A DNA stretch of 64,000 nucleotides from Mantamonas sphyraenae STR306 (taxonomy: Eukaryota > Protista > CRuMs), in assembly GCA_026936335.1 (NCBI GenBank), contig JAPMXV010000062.1, positions 62,001-126,000 of the forward strand, given 5' to 3'. Of this stretch, positions 49,471 to 59,209 are shown in pieces. Positions within the stretch are counted from its first letter, which is position 1. Each line of letters begins with the position of its first letter. The notes beneath the pieces are model-generated. The model did no database searches. It had not been told where the DNA came from and saw nothing but the letters and a program-made list of their open reading frames with translations. A program made the translations under genes and the position numbers.

Positions 49471-51298
49471 ATGGCCGAGTACGACGAGTACGACGAGTAT
49501 GAAGAGTATGAGGAGTATGAGGAGTACGACGAGGAACTGGAGGAAGGGGAGGAGGGCGAGGAGGACGACGACCTGCTGGACGCAGACGACGAAATGTCTG
49601 CAGGCAACGTTTCCGACGCAGATTCAGAGTTTACCGACCTGGTGATCCAACGTACGTGTGTCACCATGCCCTGTGTCCACTTTCACCCGGTGGCATGTTT
49701 GCAGAGGTGGCACCCACGCAGCTGGCAGCGCCGGCCAACGTGCTGGCCGGTTTGCTCGAATCCACACGCTCGAAACCGCTCACACGCATTGCCCAAACAC
49801 ACATTCACAGCAAAAACAGTGTCTGCAAACCTTCATGGACGCCGCACCTACCTGCATGCGTGCGAACAGCTGGCCATCATCCCCACTACATACTTCTTGA
49901 GCCGAATTGGAGACAAAGGTGCGTAACGGGCAACGACCGAAGCCGCCGAACCCTGGGCAGCCGCGGCGACGTCCACGCACACATACAAGACGGGAGGCAC
50001 TGACACAATGTGGGTTGCCTACACACACACACACACGCACACACACATTGCACACAGAGGTGAACCTGAAGCACCACGGAGTGGGCAAGCAGGGTGCGTT
50101 TGCGATTGCGCAGTGCCTCTCTGCCAACCGGGCGATCCAGAGACTGAGTCTGGAGGACAACAGCATCCAAGACGAAGGGACAAAGAATGTGTGTGAGGTG
50201 TTGCAGGAGGGCAACGACACGCTGAACCACCTGAACTTGTCAAACAACCAACTGAAGGTGAGCGGAGGACGTGCGGTGGCATCGTTGCTTGCACACCATC
50301 GGTGTCGGCTGGTGGAGCTGTTTCTGGCCGACAATCGGGTGGGAGACCGTGCGGCACGGGACATTGCGGATGCACTGATGGTGAACCACTCGCTGCGCGT
50401 GTTGGATCTGTCGGGCAACCAAATTGGCGAGCGTGGTGGCATGGCACTGGGTGAGGCGCTGGCCAACAACAAGAGCCTGCATGTGTTGTACCTTTCATGG
50501 AACTGCATCCGTGCCAAGGGGGCCACGGCGCTCGCGGAGGGCCTGAAGGAAAACGACGCCTTGCTGCTGCTGGACCTCGGCTGGAACGGCTTTGGTGACG
50601 CAGGCGCAGCCAAGCTGGCAGAAGCATTGCAGTTCAACGCCTGTCTGCGTCATCTGCTGCTGAACAACAACCGCATCGAAAACGCGGGCCTGGTCAACCT
50701 TCACAACAGCTTCAAGAGCAACGGCACCCTGCAGGCCCTGGACATCAGTTTCAACCAGTGCAGCGACGAAGTGGCCACTGCGTTTCGTCGTCTGGTGCAG
50801 CGCAACGTGGCACAGACTCTGCGAGATCGCATCGAAGAGGGCCGCGAGCGTGACGACGAGGAGGAGCAGGTGCAGGGAAACGGTGAGGATGAGGGTGCAA
50901 GCAGCAGCAGCAGCGGAGGTGAAGGAGACGGTGACGGCGATGGGTCAGAGACGCAAGGCCACGCGGTGCGAGGGAGCACCATCGAGGCGATGCAGGAAGC
51001 CATTGCCAAACAGCACCTGGGGGTGGACATTGACCCGAGGGATCAGTTTGAAGACGTCAACGCAGAGCTGTCGATGGCGTTGCAATGGGTCAAGTTGGAC
51101 CACACGTCGAATCAGGAGAACGTGAGCAGCATCATGGAGCAGCATGCCGAGGAGGTTCAAAAGAGCCACGAGGCAGCCTTTATCACCACGGTCAAGTCTT
51201 TGCACACGATGCACTCCGGCGTCGATCTCACCATTCTCATGCGTGAAGGGGCCCTCATTGGCAACGACGACAACATGTATGGCGACGAAGGGCGATGA
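49471..51298 (+). CDS. RI-type leucine-rich repeat protein, LRRC74-like
   Basis: Acidic N-terminus; YLHACEQLAIIPTTYFL|EVNLKHHGVGKQGAFAIA typical of LRRC74; about 8 LxxLxLxxNxIGxxG repeats; introns ~49652-49810 and ~49919-50057. Confidence 0.8.
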
Positions 51299-51371
51299 GT
51301 AGAGTGTGTGCCGATGAACAGTCACTTTTATGTCCTTCCCAATCGTTGCGTGTGGTTGTGCATGTTTCGAG

Positions 51372-51455
51372 AGTGTGTGTCTATGTGTGTAGTGTGTATG
51401 TGTGCATGTGTGGTGTGTGGTGTGTGGTGTGTGGTGTGTGGTGTGTGTGTGTGTG
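51372..51455. repeat. (GT)n/(GTGTG)n microsatellite between the convergent LRRC74-like and KRTCAP2 genes
   Basis: tgtggtgtgtgg... tandem pentamer/dimer tract. Confidence 0.85.
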
Positions 51456-51549
51456 ATGGCCCATGTCGGGCGACCACTACCCCAGCGTGGTGCACACGCA
51501 CACGCAGCAGACCCTGCATGGGGATGACAAGGATGCTTCCAGTGGTCGC

Positions 51550-52171
51550 TTACTCAGCGTAGGTGAGCTTGCTGACGCGGTTGATCCAGGCGAGCATGGC
51601 GCACGAGCAAATGAAGCAGACGGTGATGCACACTCGGTGCACGGAACCGGCGGCGACCAGGGAGGCCACGAGAGCGATGGAAACCTCCAACCAGCCCAGG
51701 GAGGCGGTGGTAAACACCATCGTCTCAAAGTTGGTGATGGCCTGTGTGGGTGTGCGTGTGCCTGGCGTCAGCGGCGGCCGGGTGCGACGTGGCGCGGCAA
51801 AACGCATGAAAGGCAAGAAGAGGGAAAACCACGGCGGGCGAAGGGGGCAGCCGTCCACGGCGGCAATGAGGCAACGTACAATGACCAGGAAGAAGAAGAA
51901 CACGGAGGACACAACACCGCCGAGGATGGTGAGCTTCGGGGTGGACGCCAGGAAGGTGGCGTTCATCTGGAGCAGGCTCAACGTGAGGATGGCCAGCAGA
52001 GCAGAGATGACAAAGCTGGGCTGGGTCGGAGGCAACTTGGCGGCTGTGGCGGCAGTGATTTGTGATTTTTGCAGACACATGGTGCACACGAGGTCGATGG
52101 GGTGGAGGCAACAGGTGTGAGTTTGTGGATGTGTGAGGTGGAGTGCATCAAGGTGCCAACGTACAGCTCAT
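51550..52171 (-). CDS. KRTCAP2: Keratinocyte-associated protein 2 (KCP2, oligosaccharyltransferase subunit)
   Basis: LASTPKLTILGG, NFETMVF, VHRVCITVCFICS. Model: 7-nt first exon (ATGAGCT|GTACGT) plus two introns. A further GTAAGC at the apparent stop makes the 3' end uncertain. Confidence 0.85.
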
Positions 52172-52213
52172 TGGTCAAAGGTGTGTGTGTTTCAGCTGGT
52201 CCCCACATCGCTC

Positions 52214-53479
52214 TCATCGCAAATCCCATTCGACTCGTCTCAACACGCCGTCTCTGCCACACACAATCATGCCTGTGCCGAGGTTGTCGACGTCGGTGTT
52301 GTCTGTGCCGTACCAGGGGCTCTGTTCTGGGAGCCAATCAATGCCTGCGACGGCACCGGGCACCCTGGCCACACGTTCGACACCTTCTGCTTTGCACACG
52401 TCCCACAGCCACACGGAGCCGTCCTGGTGGCCCGTGAGGATATGATTGCCATGCCAATGGCCAATGCCGAGGCTGCTGTAGTTCTCACGGCCGTACCAAT
52501 TGCAGGCCGGGACGCGTGGTTGGATGACAGTGACGCCAATGCCACACTTGGCCACTTTGGCGTTGGGTTTGGCATACTGTGCACGTCCAGGACGGCTGTC
52601 ATCGGTGCGAATGAAGGCTTGCACGGGGTTGTCCGACGTGTGGGCACTGATGCGCGTGTCAAACATGAGGGTGTGTCCCGTGCTGTAGCCCACCAGTAGG
52701 ACATCGTGCATGTTGGACCCTTCTGCACCGTAACGCACACACGTCACCGAGGTTTGTCGATGGTGGGCTGCTCGTCGACCACCACGTGCTGCACCCACAC
52801 CCGCAGCACCAGCACCACCACCAGCACCACGAAGACCAGCACCAGCACCAACACCACCGACACCACCAACACCACCAACACCACCACCACCACCGACACC
52901 CACCCCACCTGCTCCAACAACGACCCCTCCTCCTGCTCGCTTGTGGATGCGACGCTGTGCTGCCTCTTGCTTCTCCACATACTTGTGGATGTCTTCCAGT
53001 CGCACCATCCAAGGCCACTGCGCGGTGCCCAGGTCGCATTGGCCCACCTCCCCATCCAGGGTCCCTGCCGCCGCACGTGCCAACGACGCGTTGAGTTGCA
53101 CATCCACGTCCGTCACCATGCCTGTCGTGGACCCAGCATACTCTACGATCACTCTTCCACTTGATGATGATGAGGAGGAGGATGATGAGGATGAGGATGA
53201 GGACGGCAAGTCGCAACTCATCACCAGCAAATTGGCCTCCAGATCATCCACCACCTTTGCCTGTTTGCCACGTGATCGCACACCCACGTACCCTGTGGAA
53301 CAACTGAGGGTGCTGAGGGCATCGGTGTAGATGTGTTGTGCCCTCTGGCGAAACGTACGCAGATCCCACAGTTGCAACCGTCTCATGGCCGTGCCACTCA
53401 CCAACCACCTGTCCTGGAACCGCATGCTGGTGAATGCATCCCCACAAGCGAGGCCTTTGAAACGACGGGTGGATGATGT

Positions 53480-53512
<33 letters not shown>

Positions 53513-54601
53513 GGCGGTGAGCAGGTGTTGTGGCACCAGCATGGGTTGTACGAGATCCCCGAGTGGCGTCCAGCTGGTGGTTTCAAACACACGGAGCACA
53601 GATCGACCGTAGGCCATGTGAGGTGCCCTTCCACCTCCTTTGGTGATGGGTGGCACGGTGCCAGCGACGGCAATGAGGGCGTCGTGTTGGAGGAGGGAGA
53701 CGGGAAGGGCGGCGGCGGATTGCTTGACTCCCGAACGGCGATTGTTGCCGTTGGCGGAGACCAAACGTGCCGGTTCCACCTGCAATGGACGACATAGTGG
53801 CTGCACACTGGTGTGTGTGCGTTGACACTCCTCCTGGCGACTCTGTGGCGGTGGGGTTTGCTGCACACGCACGGTGCCGTTGCCCAGACCCAACAACACC
53901 GTGTCTGTGGTCACACTCATGCTATGCACAGCAACCGTGTGGAAACTCTTGTCCATGTCCGCCCATTGGGGAATAAATATCGTGCCCGGTTGGTCCGTGA
54001 GCAGCACAGAGCCGGTGAGTTGGACGCCGCGTCGTTGCTCGCGTCCGCGTAGCAACAGGGTGCGGTTGCGCACCATACGAAGCATGCGTCCGCCTCCTAC
54101 GCCGTCTCCTCCTCCTCCTCCTGTGCCCATGGGACCACTGCTGTCCTGTTTGTACTCGGTGAGTGAGCCTGCTTGTTCCTGCAGTGCCTTGCGTCGCTTT
54201 CGTCCGCGGCGCAGCGTGCAACCGCGGCTGTGCTCGGGGAGGATCATGGCGCAGAACACTTCGCGCCACAACTCGTCGTGGGATGCCGCCTGGCACCATT
54301 GACGACACACAAGACGGAGCGAACACATCTGTTTGGGTGACAGGTGCACAAACACACGGTGCAACACTTCCATGGGCAGGGCACCCCAGCCCGACGAAAG
54401 CACCCACGACGACGGTGACACAGGTGCAGAACTGCCCCCACTGCCACTGCCACTGCTGCTGGTGGAGGTGGAGGTGCTGGAGGAGGTGGAGGAGGAGGTG
54501 GATGACGTCGACAACACACGCTGTCGTTTCGTGTGCGGTCCGGCGGCGGCCGTCTTTGTCTCGTCAAACTCCAGCCGCCGAACAGATTTTCTCCGCTGCA
54601 T
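52214..54601 (-). CDS. F-box protein with divergent WD40 repeats and low-complexity inserts
   Basis: WGALPMEVLHRVFVHLSPKQMCSLRLVCRQWCQAASHDELWR F-box; WD ends (LVSGTAMRRLQLWD; ILTGHQDGSVWLWD). Start may be 54643. Confidence 0.85.
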
Positions 54602-54639
54602 TTGCCCTGTATTGCTGAGCGCTGCGCAGTGCAGTCTCA

Positions 54640-55855
54640 TCACACTTTGGATCGCTTGCTGTCGTTCTGTGCCTCCTCTTGCCCGTCTTGGCCCTTGCCT
54701 GCTTCTTGCTCATCATCCTCATCACGTCCTCGCTTGTTGTTGCTGGCAGCCTTGGCAAACATGCTCATGATGTTCTTGCTCTTGACCTTGGGTGCAGCAG
54801 ACGATGACGATGACGATGACGATGACGAGCTGGACTCGCTGGTGTCGTCGAGCGCAGGGGCAAAGGTGGTGCCGTCGCTGGTGGGACACCAGTTGATGGG
54901 CTCCGTGCCAATGTCCCGCAGTGCAGCGTTGACACGCACAAACGTGTTCTCCTCATGGAACTTCTTTGAGCCGTACGCTGCCGATGCAGGGTGTGCTGCC
55001 TTGACAAAGTGCACCTTGACGTCTGGGGCCACACTTTTGGCCAACTTGTTGATCCCGGCCGCAAACTTGTGCGCATAGCCACCCCACAGCACAAACACAA
55101 GACCCGCGGGCGTCTCGCTCGACGCCTTGCCGCTTTTGGCAACCTCTTGTTTGGATTCCAGAAGCACACGGAAGATGTGCTGCACCACAGGCGCCCAGAA
55201 CGTGGTGTGCTCCTTCAGCACGGGCGTCTCCTTGCCCGAAAACGTCAACGACGAATTGAGCCACATCGTACCCTCCTTGATGGTGTGTTCAAACCACGCC
55301 GGTGGATCCAGGATCTTGTTGTCCAACACCACCTTGCGCAGTTGGCCCACCAATGCGCTGTGCGGGCGGTGTTTTCCCGTTGACGGGTGAGTGATCATCA
55401 CCCCAGGATTTCCAGTCCACACACACGGCAAACAGTCACACAGAGAGAGAGAGAGAGGGGGAGGGGGAGAGAGAGAGAGGGAGAGAGGGAGAGAGAGAAC
55501 AGCAAACTTACTCGGACTCAATCATGCCGTAGTACAACAGGGCGTTCTTGATGATGTTCAGGAACGACGGGTTGAGTGCGTTGGTCCACTTTTTGATCTT
55601 TGCGTCGTTGAAGGAGATGCCACAGGCACTCTCTGCACGGGGATAGGGATCCTGGCCCAGAATGACCACCTTGCACGCCGCAGGCTCAAACTGCCTCAAC
55701 GCAGCAAAGGTCAGCTCCCGCGACGGGATCGTCCACTTGCGCTGCTTGCTCAGGAACTTTTCCACGCCCGCCTGCTCGCTCACCACCGGCCCCAGCTTCT
55801 CCAGCCATTCGCCACTCAACATCTCATCCATCTGCAATTCGTCTGCCGTGCTCAT
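54640..55855 (-). CDS. UNG: Divergent family-1 uracil-DNA glycosylase
   Basis: KVVILGQDPYP, GTMWLNSSLT, LVFVLWG, AHPAS, INW; one GTAAGT intron (~55358-55511) containing a (GA)n tract. Confidence 0.82.
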
Positions 55856-55987
55856 TGTCCGTGTCTCTGTGTTCGGGGTGTGTCGGCCAGCGCGTCGTCA
55901 CACACCTCCCGGGGTGGGGGTGGGGAGCGGGCAAGGGTGGGTGCCAGTGGGTGGCAAATGTGAATGAAACCTGTTTGTGGCTTGATT

Positions 55988-56510
55988 TTATTCACTGCTG
56001 TTGCTTTCTTCGCCACTTCCCAGACCCATCTTCTTGGTGGCGTCCTCCACGGCTGTGCCCATGGTCTCGGACAGGTAAGTGCCTGCAGAGACCCACGTTC
56101 AGGGAAAGACGAGGTTGAATTCGGCCCATGCAACGTGAGTGCGATGGGTTGCACGTTCCCCACGGCCACACCGATGGTTGCAACGACGTGTGTCAGCTGC
56201 CTGCGCCCTCTTTGATGAGCTGATTGGCGTTCGCCTTCGCGCCAAAACCCTCCAGAACGAAGCCACCAAACAGCGCAAGTGCCCACTCACACACACACAC
56301 ACACATTCCCTCCCCGTTGCACATGGCACACATGCAATCACCTTCACCCCCCGTACACAAGCACTCACCCAGGTGCAACCCCATGGCCAACATGACGCCC
56401 CAGCAAAACGGCTTGACGACGTTGTCTGCAAACCCGCTCCTAAAGTTCTCCAGGCGCTCGTCGCGCTCCTTGTCGTACCGTCCCGAGCGACCAGACACAG
56501 ATCCACTCAT
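55988..56510 (-). CDS. 78-aa single-TM protein, Mim1/Tom13-like motif (speculative function)
   Basis: Exon 56510-56369 (G|GTGAGT) and exon 56082-55988 (CTGCAG|) join in frame to ...NVVKPFCWGVMLAMGLHLGTYLSE...SSE*. Confidence 0.6.
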
Positions 56511-56610
56511 TGGGTGTGTGGATGTGTGTGGATGTGTTGATGTGTGTGTTGGGCAGCCAAGCGCGGCACAGCGTCGCCACCACCACCACCACCAACACAA
56601 ACCACACTCC

Positions 56611-57538
56611 ATGCAAGGCTCAGAACCCCTGTACAGCGCAGAGCAGATCAAGGTGCCTGCTGAGTTGCCCAGCATCCTCAAGGCCTTCACCAAGGCTGCC
56701 ATTGAGGCCCAACCCGAAGACTTGGTTGCCTTCTCCGCGGAGTACTTTGCCAACCTGGCCTCAGCCAGCAACAAAGGTAAGCGCCCTCTCATGTTCATCC
56801 CACAAAACGAGTTGCTTTTCATGGTGGTGGCGGTGGCATGTGTCCTCGGGTGTACAGCCTGCTGCACACGGTGGTGTGGCAACGCAACGCCCGTCCGTTT
56901 GCCTGCTGCGGTTCCCAATCCCAACGTCTCGCAAAAGGCGACCTTTGCGACGCCCGCACAGCAGCGCCAAAGCATGCCACAGGGCCACAGGGCCCATGTA
57001 TGGAGGCCCACATGCCCACGGATGATGACTGACCCGTTGTCCACGCGTGTGTGTGTGATGGTGTGCAGCTGTGAAGCGCAACAAGGGACAGGGGTTGTCC
57101 AAGCGCCAGCTGCGTCTGCTTCGCGAACAGTTTGAGGCGTTTGACATCCGAACCACGGGATTCCTGAGTGCCACCGACGTGGCTGAGGCCAGTGAAGCCA
57201 TTGGGTTGAGCGAACAGGTCATCCAGGATGTGTTTATGTTGATGGACGTGGATGCCAACTCGGACCGTGTGGATTGGGCCCAATTCCTGGTCCTGTCCCT
57301 GACCCTGTTCACCTCCAGCCCTGCAAACACCATTCAGTACATGTTTTCGGTGTTTGGTGACGACCAGGGACTTCTCACCAACCAGCACTTTGTGCAACTC
57401 TTCCACCACCTCGCCCAGGCCGACGAACGCATCACAAACGACACCCAGGCCTCCATCGATCACTTTCTCGAATCAGAGACCTTTGGTAAGGTTTCCTACA
57501 AGATGCTCCACCCTGTGTTGGCCCAGCTGGCTGCCTGA
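56611..57538 (+). CDS. RIIa dimerisation/docking-domain protein with EF-hand-like C-terminus (ropporin-1-like/RSP11-like)
   Basis: YSAEQIKVPAELPSILKAFTKAAIEAQPEDLVAFSAEYFANL; intron ~56777-57068; EF-hand-like FDIRTTGFLS and DVDANSDRVDW. Confidence 0.82.
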
Positions 57539-57584
57539 TGAATCCCATTCCATCCCATTCATTCATTCCAGCATCATCCTAGCA

Positions 57585-58545
57585 TCATTTCACCCGTTGC
57601 CTCTTGCCATCGCCTCCGTGACGTGTGTCCTGTGTGTCATCGTCACCGCCACTGCCACTGGCATTGTCCTGTTGCTGGCTGTTTTCCATCTGTTTGCGTT
57701 TGCTGCCTGCGTGTGCTGCCCGTGCTGCCTCTTCACGTTCCCGCTCCTCCTCCAGGTTGCCAAGGATCTCGTCGACGCCCATCCCGCGGTACGCCGCCCC
57801 CGTGTCCTCGTCTGCCACCCATTCGCCCTCCAGTTTCATCTGCAATTCCCGTTCCAGCTCCTTCAGGGCAAACGTGAACAAGCGGAACTGCTTGCGTCGC
57901 ATTTCCCGGTTGCTCTCCACGCCCGCCTGCACCTGCAACAACACCTTTTGCTGCTCCTTCACCTGTTCAATCGCCGCCTGCGACTCTTGCCTGCTTGGCA
58001 ACGCGCCAATCTTTTTGCCCAGCGCTTCATACTCTTCGTTGCGCCTCCTTCGCAGTTGCGCTTGGCCCAGCTCGCTCTTCAGACCCGCCAACTCCTCCAT
58101 CAGTGCCCTCTCCTCCGACGCCAACTCTTCTTCCAGTGTTCCATACTCTTCCTCCAGTTCCCGGACCGTGCGTTCGTACTCGTCCTTGCTCCCCGCCACC
58201 GCTGTCTGCACCTGCTGCAGATCCCTCTCAAACGCACGCAGAGCTCCGCCGCTGTCCCACAGAGTTGCAGAGAGCGAGAGGATGAATCCATTGCCATGGG
58301 AGGTGCAATGCACATGCAGAACCCCACCCCGAATGGTGTCAGTTGGTATGAAGGCAACACCTCGTGTGTATGTGTGTGTGTGTGCGTTTGACGTACATTT
58401 CCTGTTCGATCGATGCCTTGTCCTCATCATCCACTGTGTCGTCCACAAGCTTGCCTTGCAAGTCCACAAACCGCTTCACCACCCGTCGGAACTGAGCATT
58501 TCGGCCCAGCAGCCGTTTGGCAAGCACAGAGCGTTCGATTTCCAT
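57585..58545 (-). CDS. THOC7: THO complex subunit 7
   Basis: Coiled coil with AQLRRRRNEEYEALGKKIGALPSRQES and RRKQFRLF; GTACGT intron ~58252-58396 splices in frame. Confidence 0.82.
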
Positions 58546-58682
58546 TGGCTTTGCTTGCGCTGGAGTGTCAGCTGAGTGGTGTCCAACTGACCAAGCTGAC
58601 CCCAGCGCCAAGGGTGGTCCCTCGCTTGCCCTTCAACGGCGGTTTGGATTGGAGATGAAGTTTGCTGGATTGGCGTCGGCTC

Positions 58683-59117
58683 TCAGTCGAACGGGTGGGA
58701 TGTCTCAACAACGGTCTGGACATCTACCACGTCGCCGGTACAAACATACCACTCCATGTGCCCTTCGTAGGCGATGTCTGCACTCGCAATGCCAAGCTGC
58801 AGTGTGCTGGAGTTTGAAAGTTCCACGGACAACAACTCTACGTTTCTCAGGAGGAACCAAGCAGTGCGCAACGTGTAGTTCAGCCTCACATGAACCATGT
58901 ACTGCAGCATAGTGCGTGGACAACTGGAAATCGTGATGCTCTTGCTCTTTCCATCGAGCTTCACCGCGCCGCAAAACGAACGCAGTCGGTTTGCGCCTGA
59001 TTGCACCCCAATTGTCAACTCATCGGTGTCATCATCGTTCATCGCGGTTTCAACTGTTTCCCTGAAGCGCGTTCTCTCGTCCTCTTCCTGCCTGTTGCCG
59101 TCGCTCGTCGTGGTCAT
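58683..59117 (-). CDS. Hypothetical 144-aa protein
   Basis: Single ORF filling the gap between THOC7 and the ankyrin gene, with globular-looking composition; no family recognised. Confidence 0.5.
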   Translation of the reverse strand: MTTTSDGNRQEEDERTRFRETVETAMNDDDTDELTIGVQSGANRLRSFCGAVKLDGKSKSITISSCPRTMLQYMVHVRLNYTLRTAWFLLRNVELLSVELSNSSTLQLGIASADIAYEGHMEWYVCTGDVVDVQTVVETSHPFD

Positions 59118-59209
59118 CCTCAAACTATTGCATTGGAAATTCAAGCGCACGGTGGGTTGGACATGGTTGCACACTTTGGGTCCAACGCATTCCCACAATG
59201 CCTCCCCAC

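Noticed and set aside
54640-54643. Operon-like overlap of the UNG stop with the F-box ORF start
   Set aside because: The longest-ORF start is probably not used. The ATG at 54601 gives a short spacer like those of other tandem genes.
55385-55402. C-box-like GTGATGA in the UNG intron (snoRNA)
   Set aside because: No downstream D box (CTGA) or terminal stem before the acceptor.
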